A stretch of 64,000 bases of DNA from an uncultured Gammaproteobacteria bacterium (GCA_965230895.1 OZ246394.1:29723-93722); one strand, 5' to 3'; positions 46,198 to 56,484 are shown, counted from the first letter of the stretch. Notes: a model not told the origin generated them from the sequence alone. A program made the numbers and translations.

Positions 46198-46956
46198 ATG
46201 GCCGAAAGACCACGACCACAATCTAAAGGCGGTGAATTTAATAGTATCGTTCGTGACTTTTATGACGATCCTACGAAACTTAAACAAGTTCGAGATATAG
46301 AACGCGGATTTGGAAGATATGGTGAAAAAATAAATAAGCAGCTTTCGGGATTACAAGCTGAGCGTATTGGTAGAGTACATGGTGCCCCGTTATTATCTGA
46401 AGCAGGAAATGCGGATAATGCATATTTTGGGATTATGCTTGCAATTCCATTAACTGACGAGACTGTTACCGGACATGATAAGCGTGTTTTATTAGTAGTT
46501 CCTCATGGTAATGAGAATGTTTACGCAACTATTCGGCCTTTAAAATCTCATAATCCGGATGAGGCCGAACAACGTCTAGAAGATGAGCTTTATCTCCAAG
46601 CATTCGATGCACGGTATACGCCGTCGGAAGATACTTATCTACACCCTGATTGGAGACCTGATTTTGGTAAAACAGCGTATGAAACAGTAGTACGACGTCA
46701 GGATGAACTCTTTATGAAGATTGAATCTCAGGCATCCGAAAGGAAAAAAGATATGGTACTTTCTACGGCAGTGGCTACTGCACGGATAATCAAAAACAGG
46801 CGTATTGCAACAGATGATACAAGCTTGGAAAAATTACTTGGTGAAGATGTACTAATCGAGCTCACGGTCTTAAGTGATAATTTTGATTCAATTGGAAGAG
46901 AAGAAAGAATTATCTGGGAGAATGATATGCGTAACAGTGGCTTGGATGCTGCTTAA
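46198..46956 (+). CDS. hypothetical protein
   Basis: 252-aa ORF, no recognised motif. Confidence 0.4.
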   Translation: MAERPRPQSKGGEFNSIVRDFYDDPTKLKQVRDIERGFGRYGEKINKQLSGLQAERIGRVHGAPLLSEAGNADNAYFGIMLAIPLTDETVTGHDKRVLLVVPHGNENVYATIRPLKSHNPDEAEQRLEDELYLQAFDARYTPSEDTYLHPDWRPDFGKTAYETVVRRQDELFMKIESQASERKKDMVLSTAVATARIIKNRRIATDDTSLEKLLGEDVLIELTVLSDNFDSIGREERIIWENDMRNSGLDAA

Positions 46957-46998
46957 TTGACCTCCAGTTCTTTGCCATTCTGCTAGGTTCAATGTATA

Positions 46999-48432
46999 AT
47001 GCAAGATATGCTTAAGTTATACAATTCACTCGGACGTAAAGTAGAAGATTTTAAACCGATTCATCCATTGCAAGTTGGCATGTACACTTGTGGCCCGACA
47101 GTTTATTCATTTGCACATATTGGTAATTTCCGTACGTATACCTCAGCAGATCTTTTGCTTCGCGTTCTCAAATACAATGGATACGATGTGAAATATATCA
47201 TGAATCTCACAGATGTCGGTCATTTAACTGGTGACAATCTCGGTGATGCAGATCTTGGAGAAGATCGCATGGAGAAGGCAGCTGAGAAGGAAGGCAAAAC
47301 AGCATGGGAAGTGGCGCAATTCTATAGTGAGGTCTTTATCGAGGATTTCGGTAAGTTAAACCTCCAGAAGCCGCAGAAGTTTGCAAAGGCAACAGATCAC
47401 ATCAAAGAACAAATTGATCTAGTCAAACGGCTTGAAGAAAATGGCTATACGTATGAAACTTCTGACGGCATCTATTTTGATACTTCAATGTTTCCTCAAT
47501 ATGGTGAACTTTCAAATCTTGATGAGATTAAAGCAGGAGCGCGCGTCGAAATAAATCCTGAAAAGAAGAACCAACGTGATTTCGCACTCTGGAAATTTAG
47601 CCCTCCAGCTGACTCAGGGATCAAAAGACAAATGGAATGGAAGAGTCCATGGGGTAAGGGTTTTCCTGGCTGGCACATCGAATGTTCTGCAATGAGTATG
47701 AAATATCTTGGAGAGACTTTTGATATCCACACTGGTGGTATTGATCTTCGTGAAACACATCATCCAAACGAAATTGCTCAAGCGGAAGCTGCAACAGGGA
47801 AGAAATTTGTGAATTACTGGATGCATGGCGCATTTATTCTCGTGAATGGTGAGCGCATGAGTAAGAGTAAAGGTAATTTATATACTGTTTATGATCTCGA
47901 AAAAGAAAATTATGATGTATTGGCATTACGATATTTGTATCTTCAAACCCATTATCGCCAGGAAATGAATTTCACTTTCCAGGCTTTGGATGCAGCGCAG
48001 AATGCATATAAAAAATTAGTTATAGAAATTAGCAAATGGGAAGATGCGAATTTTGATAGTGGAGCTGTCCCAGCAGGTGACTTAAAAGAGTTTGAAGAAA
48101 AATTTCTCGATGCAATTAATGATGACCTTAACATGTCCAAAGCGCTTGCTGTGGTATGGGAATTAGTAAAAGCTGATATCCCAAGTGGAGCAAAGGCAAA
48201 GTTACTCTTTAAATTCGATAACGTGCTTGGCTTAAATTTGAAAGAACTCAGTGAGCAAGTCAGATTGGCACAAGGATCAGTTCCTGGACATATTCAACAT
48301 ATGGTTGAAGAGCGACAAAGACTTCGTAAGCAACATCAATTTAACGCAGCAGATAAACTCCGTGCTGATATAGAAAAACTTGGTTATATCATTGAAGATT
48401 CTCCAAAAGGGATGAAAGTTCGAAAGAAGTAA
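46999..48432 (+). CDS. cysS: cysteinyl-tRNA synthetase
   Basis: 'HIGNFRTY' (HIGH), 'KMSKS', Zn-binding Cys; 477 aa. Confidence 0.9.
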   Translation: MQDMLKLYNSLGRKVEDFKPIHPLQVGMYTCGPTVYSFAHIGNFRTYTSADLLLRVLKYNGYDVKYIMNLTDVGHLTGDNLGDADLGEDRMEKAAEKEGKTAWEVAQFYSEVFIEDFGKLNLQKPQKFAKATDHIKEQIDLVKRLEENGYTYETSDGIYFDTSMFPQYGELSNLDEIKAGARVEINPEKKNQRDFALWKFSPPADSGIKRQMEWKSPWGKGFPGWHIECSAMSMKYLGETFDIHTGGIDLRETHHPNEIAQAEAATGKKFVNYWMHGAFILVNGERMSKSKGNLYTVYDLEKENYDVLALRYLYLQTHYRQEMNFTFQALDAAQNAYKKLVIEISKWEDANFDSGAVPAGDLKEFEEKFLDAINDDLNMSKALAVVWELVKADIPSGAKAKLLFKFDNVLGLNLKELSEQVRLAQGSVPGHIQHMVEERQRLRKQHQFNAADKLRADIEKLGYIIEDSPKGMKVRKK

Positions 48433-48433
48433 T

Positions 48434-48859
48434 TTAAACCTTCCGCTTCGCTGCGATCAAAAAGCTGATAAAGAAATAAATTAAAAGTAATTGCCAAAAA
48501 AGTATTGAGATAAATGTCGTGCTCAAAAAGAGTGCAACTGCTTCTCGTTGCATTCCATAAACCACAATAAGAAGCGATCCAATTTTTGCAGTCAGGAACA
48601 GCAGTGCAACTGCAATCAATGGTGAAAAAATAACCGGGATAAGTACAGGCCTATGGACTGTATCTTTAATAGATTTATACGGAGTGAATGTCAGCCCCAA
48701 AAGCATTTTCGTCCAGATAAAACTGGCGTAAATAATAAAAGCTCTTTTTCTCATATAATTCCTCTGAACAATCTTAGAATAAAATCTGTGTACGAAGTTC
48801 CTCCAATAGCCCTTAATAAAAGCGAAATAAGAAATGCCAAGGGAATGAGGAAGCGCCAT
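48434..48859 (-). CDS. hypothetical multi-TM membrane protein
   Basis: 141 aa hydrophobic; overlaps the 48751-48981 ORF in another frame (possible frameshift or alternative gene). Confidence 0.3.
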   Translation of the reverse strand: MALPHSLGISYFAFIKGYWRNFVHRFYSKIVQRNYMRKRAFIIYASFIWTKMLLGLTFTPYKSIKDTVHRPVLIPVIFSPLIAVALLFLTAKIGSLLIVVYGMQREAVALFLSTTFISILFWQLLLIYFFISFLIAAKRKV

Positions 48860-48981
48860 GGATGATAGCTAAGCCATTCAATGACAAACTTAAAAAACTT
48901 CGGGAAGGGAACAACTTTCATTGCCTGTTCTTGTTCGCGTGCTCGATTCTGGAGTTTCAATAAAAATTCACGCTCGTTCAT
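48751..48981 (-). CDS. putative single-TM anti-sigma factor
   Basis: 76 aa with one TM, immediately downstream of and overlapping the ECF sigma gene stop. Confidence 0.3.
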   Translation of the reverse strand: MNEREFLLKLQNRAREQEQAMKVVPFPKFFKFVIEWLSYHPWRFLIPLAFLISLLLRAIGGTSYTDFILRLFRGII

Positions 48982-49501
48982 AGGATTTCATAAAACTTTG
49001 CCGTGCGCGATACAAACGTGACTCAGTCGCTTTATCAGACATATGGAGTGCAAGTGCGATTGCTTTGATGGACATCTCATCTTCATAATGCATTCGTAAT
49101 ATCTGCTGATAATGTGTGGCAATACTTAAAAATGCTGCTTCGATTCTGTCACGGATTTTGTTCTTCTCCATCTGGAATTCAGGTTGACTGATCTCATTGG
49201 CAATGATCGACAGATATGGCATTTGGGAGAACAAGAATGATTTAATCTTTCTTTTGCGATAAAAATCCGCGGTTTTATTTGAAGCGATTTTATAAAGCCA
49301 TGCTTGGACATTTGCCTCTTTTTGTAATGTAGGCAAAGCATCGACTGCTTCAAGAAAGACATCATTTAAGATTTCTTGCGCATCTTCACCTTGCGGTAAC
49401 TTATTCTTCAAAAACCGCAATATTCGAGGAGAATAAAAGTTATAGAAGGCTATAACAGCCTGCTCATCTCCTTGGAGCACCTTGTTAATTAATGAGCTCA
49501 T
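48968..49501 (-). CDS. ECF sigma factor (no island leader)
   Basis: Region 2 'ILNDVFLEAVDALPTLQKEANVQAWLYKIASNKTADFYRKRK', region 4 'MSIKAIALALHMSDKATESRLYRARQSF'; start taken at MSSLINKV (ORF extends to 49573). Confidence 0.7.
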   Translation of the reverse strand: MSSLINKVLQGDEQAVIAFYNFYSPRILRFLKNKLPQGEDAQEILNDVFLEAVDALPTLQKEANVQAWLYKIASNKTADFYRKRKIKSFLFSQMPYLSIIANEISQPEFQMEKNKIRDRIEAAFLSIATHYQQILRMHYEDEMSIKAIALALHMSDKATESRLYRARQSFMKSYERA

Positions 49502-49564
49502 GCTGACATTATAAGTAAAAACGAATGATTTAGCAAAAAAGTACGACTTATTAAGTAATCGTTT

Positions 49565-50335
49565 ATGAAGCATATATATTGCATAAAGCTTGGTGGCTCA
49601 ATCATAACCGATAAAGCCAAGCCATATACTGCTCAGGTCGGTACAATCCGAAAGATTGCCAAGGTGCTTAAAAAGGTGAAGCAGCCAATTATTATTGCGC
49701 ATGGAAGTGGGAGCTTTGGTCATACTTCCGCGCGAACGTATGGTGGCAAGACTGGGTATACAGATCGATGGGGCATCGCAAAAGTTGCACGAGATGCCCA
49801 AGAAATAAATCGAATTGTTATGGATATTTTCATCGAAGAGGGAATTCCTGCAATTTCTTTTAGTCCAAGAAGTATGATACTTACTGAAAGAGCCAATGTT
49901 CACGAAGTCTTTTTTCAAACATTGAGGGAGTCTCTCGATCAAGGTCTCATACCGGTTGTGTATGGCGATGTCATTTGGGACAGGTCACAGAAGACAACAA
50001 TCTTTTCAGGAGAAACCATTCTTAATGCTATTTGCCAATATCTGCAAAGACACGATTATGCAGTGTCTCGCATAATTCAGCTCTGTAATGTCGATGGCGT
50101 TCTCGATACACAGCAAAAAATTGTTCCTGAGATTACGAAAGAGAATTGGCTGGCTGTCCAAAAGTATTTTCAAGAAATTACCGTGGCAGATGTGACTGGA
50201 GGAATGAAGCACAAAGTTGAAGATGCCTTGGCATTATCAACATATGGGATAGAGACAATTCTTATTAATGCGAAAACATCTCGATTGCGTGCTGCAATCA
50301 ACGGAAAATCCACAGAAGGGACAATCATCAGATAA
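49565..50335 (+). CDS. isopentenyl phosphate kinase-like (amino-acid kinase family)
   Basis: 'IKLGGSIIT' and 'IIAHGSGSFGH' IPK signatures; adjacent to idi and uppS. Confidence 0.65.
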   Translation: MKHIYCIKLGGSIITDKAKPYTAQVGTIRKIAKVLKKVKQPIIIAHGSGSFGHTSARTYGGKTGYTDRWGIAKVARDAQEINRIVMDIFIEEGIPAISFSPRSMILTERANVHEVFFQTLRESLDQGLIPVVYGDVIWDRSQKTTIFSGETILNAICQYLQRHDYAVSRIIQLCNVDGVLDTQQKIVPEITKENWLAVQKYFQEITVADVTGGMKHKVEDALALSTYGIETILINAKTSRLRAAINGKSTEGTIIR

Positions 50336-51015
50336 TGTCAGTATCAGCAATTGAAGGGCTTAGAACTCCATTCTTCGAACAACAACAAGCAGAGCAAACT
50401 GTTATTGGTATTGGCGTTGTAATCGTTCTTAAGAATTTGGCTGAACTTGAAGATGAGCAATTACAGATTCTGGCAGTGAGGCAAAAAGAAGCAAAGCCAG
50501 AGACAGGAAGAGTTGCTGGAAGTTTATCAATTATCCAGGAAACGATAACAGTCGATCCAATAAATGGAGTTCCTGAAACTCCCAAGGATACATTGATAGG
50601 AGCAATGGACGAAGTGATTGATGAAAGGGGTGTCCGTGCTGTTGGTCATCACTTCCATAGAGTTGGGTATGATGCAAGGCCAGAGATTCCATTGCTTTCA
50701 CTTCCCGGAAGAGCTGGAGGGTTAGAGGTTGTAGTCTTTGATGGTCCCGCTCATTATGCTTTCAATCCTGCGGAAAAGCAAGAAATTGATGGAGCACCTC
50801 AATGGGTACGCGTTGGGAGTTTTCTTGATGAGCCAACGGCGAGAGATACATCGTTGGAGCTTTTAGGATATGCCGCTGGTAAGCGTCTTCTTACGGAAGG
50901 GATAAGAAAGCATGCAGTGGGTTTCACTGAACCAGTTTTTCCAGAAGGTCATCAATTTGACCAAGTTAGAGCTGCAAGATCGAAGCGACCAGATATAACC
51001 AAATTTAGAAAATAA
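50335..51015 (+). CDS. hypothetical protein
   Basis: 226-aa ORF between IPK and idi; no recognised motif. Confidence 0.35.
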   Translation: MSVSAIEGLRTPFFEQQQAEQTVIGIGVVIVLKNLAELEDEQLQILAVRQKEAKPETGRVAGSLSIIQETITVDPINGVPETPKDTLIGAMDEVIDERGVRAVGHHFHRVGYDARPEIPLLSLPGRAGGLEVVVFDGPAHYAFNPAEKQEIDGAPQWVRVGSFLDEPTARDTSLELLGYAAGKRLLTEGIRKHAVGFTEPVFPEGHQFDQVRAARSKRPDITKFRK

Positions 51016-51018
51016 ACT

Positions 51019-51555
51019 ATGACTGAAGAATTAATTGTATTAGTGAATGATAAGAATGAAGAGGTTGGTACGATGCCAAAGCTTGCAGCGCATAATGCCA
51101 ATACTCCTTTGCATCGTGCTTTTTCCTGTTATGTTTTTAATAGAAATGGAGATTTTCTTTTGACACAACGTGCCTTGATCAAAAAGGTCTGGCCAGGAAT
51201 ATGGACAAATAGTTGCTGTGGTCATCCTGGACTAGGGGAGGCAACTGAAGATGCTGTGAAGAGACGATTAGATTATGAGTTGGGATTGGTTCCATCAAGT
51301 CTCAAATTGGTTCTCCCAGATTTCCGCTACAAAACAGAATTGAATGGTATCGTCGAAAATGAAATTTGCCCAGTTTACATCACTCGAATTACTACTGAAC
51401 CAAAACCAAATCCTGAAGAAGTTGAAGCATATCGTTGGATACCTTGGGAGGAATATATACAGGAAGTTACGAAGAATCCAGAGGGATACTCATATTGGTC
51501 GGTCAAGCAAGTAGAGCAATTGAAAGAATTACCAATTTTACAAAAACTTATATGA
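51019..51555 (+). CDS. idi: isopentenyl-diphosphate delta-isomerase type 1 (Nudix)
   Basis: 'HRAFSCYVFN...LLTQRALIKKVWPGIWTNSCCGHP' matches IDI-1; 178 aa. Confidence 0.8.
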   Translation: MTEELIVLVNDKNEEVGTMPKLAAHNANTPLHRAFSCYVFNRNGDFLLTQRALIKKVWPGIWTNSCCGHPGLGEATEDAVKRRLDYELGLVPSSLKLVLPDFRYKTELNGIVENEICPVYITRITTEPKPNPEEVEAYRWIPWEEYIQEVTKNPEGYSYWSVKQVEQLKELPILQKLI

Positions 51556-52232
51556 TACAACACGTAGCATTTATCATGGACGGAAATAGACGCTGGGCAA
51601 AAGAAAAGCATTTGCCTACGTTGATTGGTCATAAAAAAGGATATGAAAATATAGAAAAAATTGTTGATCATGCATTACTCAAGGGGATAAAGCACGTAAC
51701 TTTTTGGGCATTCTCTACTGAGAATTGGAATCGAGAAAAAAAGGAAGTTGACTACCTGATGAATCTTTTCCGTGAACTTTTCGCTGGAAGAATGCTACAG
51801 AAAATTTTGAAGAAAGGTGGCAAAATACAAGTTCTTGGTGATATGACGGCCTTCCCTGAGGATATCCAAAAAGATACCCAAAAAGTTCTGGACCAGTCAA
51901 AAGATAATGACGCAATTACTATAAACATTGCGCTCAATTATGGAGGTCGTGCAGAAATACTTAAAGCTGTTAAAGAAATTGCTACAGAAAGGTTAGATTT
52001 ATCAGATATAAATGAAAAAACGTTTTCGCAATATTTATATACGAAAGATCAACCTGACCCGGATCTCCTTATCAGAACCGGTGGTGAACAACGATTAAGT
52101 GGATATTTACCTTGGCAAAGTATTTATAGCGAACTTTACTTCACAGACAAGTATTGGCCTGAATTTGACGAAAAAGCTTTCGATGAAGCATTAGAAGAAT
52201 TCTCCCGTCGGGAAAGACGATTCGGCAAATAG
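51552..52232 (+). CDS. uppS: undecaprenyl diphosphate synthase
   Basis: 'HVAFIMDGNRRWA', 'FSTENW', 'RTGGEQRLSGYLPWQ'; start overlaps idi stop (ATGA). Confidence 0.9.
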   Translation: MIQHVAFIMDGNRRWAKEKHLPTLIGHKKGYENIEKIVDHALLKGIKHVTFWAFSTENWNREKKEVDYLMNLFRELFAGRMLQKILKKGGKIQVLGDMTAFPEDIQKDTQKVLDQSKDNDAITINIALNYGGRAEILKAVKEIATERLDLSDINEKTFSQYLYTKDQPDPDLLIRTGGEQRLSGYLPWQSIYSELYFTDKYWPEFDEKAFDEALEEFSRRERRFGK

Positions 52233-52310
52233 TCTTTCTTCCTCCTTACATATTTTTATTTCCACTCTTACGGTTGAGATTTATCCTTACAATAGAAAGG
52301 AGGTGATAGT

Positions 52311-52496
52311 ATGCCAAAATATGGTAAAAAAGCGCAAGAGAAAGTGCATGAAGTAATGGATGAATATAAAAAAGGTGAATTGAAAAGTGGCCCAAATGGG
52401 AAAGGCGGTAAAGTTACAAACCGCAAACAAGCCGTTGCCATCGGACTTTCAGAAGCTCGTAAGAAGGGAGCAAAAGTTCCTCAAAACAAAAAGTAA
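52311..52496 (+). CDS. small basic conserved hypothetical protein
   Basis: 61 aa, 'GGKVTNRKQAVAIGLSEARKKG'; strong SD 'aggaggtg'. Confidence 0.4.
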   Translation: MPKYGKKAQEKVHEVMDEYKKGELKSGPNGKGGKVTNRKQAVAIGLSEARKKGAKVPQNKK

Positions 52497-52533
52497 CTTG
52501 AATCCTTAACGAATCCTCAGTATACTTTGGACT

Positions 52534-53520
52534 ATGAAGTATCAATTAGGAATTCTCGGTGGAACATTTGATCACCTGCATGCAGGACATAAAAAATTAT
52601 TGGATACTGCTTTTTCTGAAACGCAGAAAGTTATTGTAGGTGTTGCATCGAGTAAGTTATATGCGCACAAACAAAACGCGCATCTTATTGAGGAGTTTCA
52701 GATTCGTAAGGATGCAGTTTTAGATTACTTGAAGGAGAAGGGCTATGAAACCCGCGCAGAGATTATTCCTATTGATGACATCTATGGGAATAGTCTTACT
52801 GAAAAGAATATTGAAGTTATATTCGCCACAGAAGACAATCTTCCCAATGTTAAAAAGGTAAACGAGCAACGAACGCAGCGTGGATTTACGGCATTAGAAA
52901 TTGTGCATGTTCCATACGTTTTGGGAAGTGATGGAGAAGTTGTGACGTCAGCTCGGATCCGAAGGGGAGAAATCGACAGTGAAGGTTTTTCATTTGCTTC
53001 ATTGTTCACGAGAGATTTCAAATTACCTGAAGATTTGAAAGATGCTTTGCGCAAACCGTTTGGCGATGTCTACAAAGAAGCTTCTCAAGTAATTGAATTT
53101 TATAAAAATAATCTCATGATCTCAGTTGGCGATGTCATTTCGCTTTCTCTAGTAAAGTCAGATCATCAAGCCGATGTTAGTATTGTGGATCTAAAAACAA
53201 GAAGAAGTATGCTGCAAGAATCTGATATTGAGATATTCTATGCAATGGATTCTCTAACTTCAGCGAGAAACGCGGCTGGAACTATAGAGCAAAATGCAGC
53301 AGAACGTATTCAAACAGCGCTTAAATCATATGAAACAACGCAAGAAAAACAAACGATTGTTGTTGCGGGAGAAGAAGATTTACTTACAATCCCAGCCATA
53401 CTTTTGGCGCCACTCGATTCTGTTGTTGTGTACGGTCAATTTAATGTAGGTGTAATTGCAGTACATGTAACTGACACAAAAAAGCAGGAAGTTCTTAAGC
53501 TCCTTAAGCAGTTTTCCTAG
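52534..53520 (+). CDS. cytidylyl/adenylyl-transferase family nucleotidyltransferase (archaeal-type PPAT-like) fused to a C-terminal domain of unknown function
   Basis: 'LGILGGTFDHLHAGHKKLL' (GxFDxxHxGH) N-terminal about 150 aa; C-terminal about 180 aa uncharacterised. Confidence 0.5.
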   Translation: MKYQLGILGGTFDHLHAGHKKLLDTAFSETQKVIVGVASSKLYAHKQNAHLIEEFQIRKDAVLDYLKEKGYETRAEIIPIDDIYGNSLTEKNIEVIFATEDNLPNVKKVNEQRTQRGFTALEIVHVPYVLGSDGEVVTSARIRRGEIDSEGFSFASLFTRDFKLPEDLKDALRKPFGDVYKEASQVIEFYKNNLMISVGDVISLSLVKSDHQADVSIVDLKTRRSMLQESDIEIFYAMDSLTSARNAAGTIEQNAAERIQTALKSYETTQEKQTIVVAGEEDLLTIPAILLAPLDSVVVYGQFNVGVIAVHVTDTKKQEVLKLLKQFS

Positions 53521-54076
53521 CACGCTTTTCTCTGGATCTTTTTCCATTCTTTAATCCATTTTGTGAGCCGTAGAGTTGTTTTGTCAGGAATAATGGTGAT
53601 TGATGTTCTGCAAGGATAATCTTCATCAAAGAAATTGTCCTATCCAATGCAATTGGTAATATATCCGCATCTCTTATGCCACAGGTAAGTCGTATATGGA
53701 ATTTTCCTCGGGGATCTCGGATCCAGTTCCATTTCGTGTTGCCTGCATAAGAAGCTCTTTGAGCACCTTTTGCAATTTTTGATTGGCAAAGGTATTCCAA
53801 GAGGATATGTTCAAATAAATGACCGATTTCTGTATGTCGTACTTCAGTGCTGAAAGGAAGTCCTTCATCGTTATAACATTCGGTATAAAGAACATTTGGG
53901 AGGTGCTCTGTCAGGAGATCAACAATATGAGGAATATCTTTTGTATTGACCTGGTTATACAGGACCTGCATTACAATTCTTGTCGACGTCTGTTTCTGTG
54001 TTATATCAAGAGAAAAAAGATTTTCAACAAGAAATTGTTGTGATGACGGCAGCACCCGAGCTGTAGTGACGTTCAT
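53504..54076 (-). CDS. hypothetical protein
   Basis: 190-aa ORF, no recognised motif. Confidence 0.35.
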   Translation of the reverse strand: MNVTTARVLPSSQQFLVENLFSLDITQKQTSTRIVMQVLYNQVNTKDIPHIVDLLTEHLPNVLYTECYNDEGLPFSTEVRHTEIGHLFEHILLEYLCQSKIAKGAQRASYAGNTKWNWIRDPRGKFHIRLTCGIRDADILPIALDRTISLMKIILAEHQSPLFLTKQLYGSQNGLKNGKRSREKRARKTA

Positions 54077-54225
54077 AAGGGAATAGATAAGTTCTTACCC
54101 GTTTCTTACGGATATATTTCCACTCTATATCGTTTTAGAAAAAGTGTCAAGGTGAGCAGTAAATTTTCGTTTAGATTGCATTATTAAGATAAACGAATAA
54201 ATTCTAAAATAGATATAGCAATCAA

Positions 54226-56484
54226 TTAAGGATTAACCTGGACAGTAGGGATAAGTGTTGTCACAGGTCCAGAACCTGAGGTTGGTGTTGGGATCGGTGT
54301 GCTGGTCGGTTGCGGTGTGCTGGTCGGATTATCATCATTATTTTGATCATCAGGTTGATTTGTTGGTGTTGGCTGTTCTGATGGTTGTGGTGTGTCTGTA
54401 GGTCTTTCAGTTGGCGTATCACAAGACGGTGGTTGTGTCCCTGCAATAAAGAATTCTGTTATGCTAGTTGGACGACCGTTTCTACAAATAGGTTCACTGA
54501 CAACAAATGTCGGCTTCTTAAATTCTTCGACAGGTTTTCCCATAAGATAATGGCCCATCATATTTCTCCAAATTGGTGCTGCGCCAAGTGAACCAGCAAC
54601 ATTGTCCATGGGAGAGTTGTCATTATTTCCGACCCATACTCCAACTACAAGACTTGGAGTATATCCGACTGTGAGCGCATCTCTATAATCTTCTGTTGTT
54701 CCTGTTTTCACTGCAGCTGGTCTGGAAATTGTGAGAGAACCTCCAAATACTTCAGAGCGTGCGCGATTATCTGAAAGGATTGATGAAATCAGGAAAGAAG
54801 CTTCAGGGCTGATAACTTCTCTTTCTCCAGATCTATTTGCAGATCTGAACCAATTGAGTGGATTTAATCGCTCCCAGAAGCTTTGTGGTTGCGTTACTTT
54901 CTGATTATATTTATTGGTAATTTCCATAATGCCAGTCGGTTTATGATACACACCTTCATTTGCGAAAACCGCATATGCATTTGTCAATTCAAGAAGTGGT
55001 ACTTCACCTGTTCCAAGAACAAGCGACAATCCATAATTCCTGTCAGCATTTAATGTCGTTATTCCGAAATCGCTTGCAGTACTTAACCCGCGGGAAACTC
55101 CAACCATCTCCATAACTTCAACTGCTGGAATATTAAGGGAGTTAGCTAATGCTCGTCTGACTGTGACGTCACCACGATATCGTAAGTCATAATTCTTTGG
55201 TTTATAACTTCCTGCAAACGTTGTCTCTTTATCTTCAAGTTCTGTCGCTGGAGTGATCTGCTTATCTTCCAAAGCTCGTGCATAAATAAATGGCTTAAAA
55301 GAAGATCCAGGCTGTCGAGGTGTGATAGCCATATTTGTTTGTCCAAAGCTTTCATCATTCCAATCATAACTTCCGACCATTGCAAGGATCTGGCCATTCT
55401 TTGGATCGATTGCTACTGCTGCACCATTGCTTGCATCGTTATATTTTATTCTTTCAATTTGCGTTCTTACTGCATCTTGCGCATACTCCTGGAACTCGCG
55501 ATCCATCGTTGTTTTAACTCGAAAACCTTCACTGACAACACGTTCTTCACCAAACTCTTGAATCAATTGATTCCGTATGTAATTAGCGAAATGAAACGCA
55601 ATTGTGTTTGTGTCACGTTTGATTGGATTCGATTTATAGACAAGTGGTTCATCGTATGCGGCGTCAGCTTGTCCCTGAGTGATATAACCTTCTTCTACCA
55701 TTTCATCCAGAACGTATTGCTGTCTTATCTTTGCCTTATCATCAGGATTGGAAAGCGGGGAGTAGGCTGATGGAGCTGGGAGTACTCCAATAAGTAATGC
55801 GGATTGTGCAAGTGAAAGATCTTTGGCAGGAATTCCGAAATAAATTTGTGAAGCATTCTCTATACCAAATGCACCTTCGCCAAAATAGATAGAGTTCAGA
55901 TACATCTCCATAATATCTTCTTTACTAAATCGTCTTGTTAATTCGGCCGCTAGTACAATCTCTTGATACTTTCGGAGATAATTCCTCGATTGGCTCAGAA
56001 ACGCATTCTTTGCTAACCCTTGTGTGATTGTCGATCCTCCTTCAACTATTTGTCCTGCAAAGATATTAACCACAAACGCTCGAAGAATACCGGTTATTGA
56101 GAATCCTTGATTCGTGTAGAAATTTTTATCTTCAGATGATATAAGCGCCTCTTGGGCCGTAACAGGAATTTCAGAGAATGAAACATAAGAAATTTCTTTT
56201 GGTTGATAGAACGTATAAAATGGCTCACCATCTCTATCTTGTAATGTTAAACCTGTCAGTCCACGATTCATGACACTATCTTTATCTTTTAGATCTCGTG
56301 CGAAGTACAAATATGTCGCAGGAGGGACAAGTGCCAGAAATGTTATAAGTAAACATAGCGAATAGAATATCTTTCGTTTATGACGGGCAAGGAGGTTTTT
56401 CGTTGCCTCTTTAAGGCTAAAATTTTTCAAACTCCATTTTTTTTTAGGAAAGTGTGTATTCTTATGATCAAGGCGAGATCTCAT
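54226..56484 (-). CDS. class A penicillin-binding protein (PBP1A: glycosyltransferase + transpeptidase) with PT-rich C-terminal tail
   Basis: GT51 'EDKNFYTNQGF', 'SSFKP' (SxxK), 'KTGTT' (KTG); C-terminal P/T/Q-rich tail; N-terminal TM; ORF opens at 56565. Confidence 0.85.
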   Translation of the reverse strand: MRSRLDHKNTHFPKKKWSLKNFSLKEATKNLLARHKRKIFYSLCLLITFLALVPPATYLYFARDLKDKDSVMNRGLTGLTLQDRDGEPFYTFYQPKEISYVSFSEIPVTAQEALISSEDKNFYTNQGFSITGILRAFVVNIFAGQIVEGGSTITQGLAKNAFLSQSRNYLRKYQEIVLAAELTRRFSKEDIMEMYLNSIYFGEGAFGIENASQIYFGIPAKDLSLAQSALLIGVLPAPSAYSPLSNPDDKAKIRQQYVLDEMVEEGYITQGQADAAYDEPLVYKSNPIKRDTNTIAFHFANYIRNQLIQEFGEERVVSEGFRVKTTMDREFQEYAQDAVRTQIERIKYNDASNGAAVAIDPKNGQILAMVGSYDWNDESFGQTNMAITPRQPGSSFKPFIYARALEDKQITPATELEDKETTFAGSYKPKNYDLRYRGDVTVRRALANSLNIPAVEVMEMVGVSRGLSTASDFGITTLNADRNYGLSLVLGTGEVPLLELTNAYAVFANEGVYHKPTGIMEITNKYNQKVTQPQSFWERLNPLNWFRSANRSGEREVISPEASFLISSILSDNRARSEVFGGSLTISRPAAVKTGTTEDYRDALTVGYTPSLVVGVWVGNNDNSPMDNVAGSLGAAPIWRNMMGHYLMGKPVEEFKKPTFVVSEPICRNGRPTSITEFFIAGTQPPSCDTPTERPTDTPQPSEQPTPTNQPDDQNNDDNPTSTPQPTSTPIPTPTSGSGPVTTLIPTVQVNP

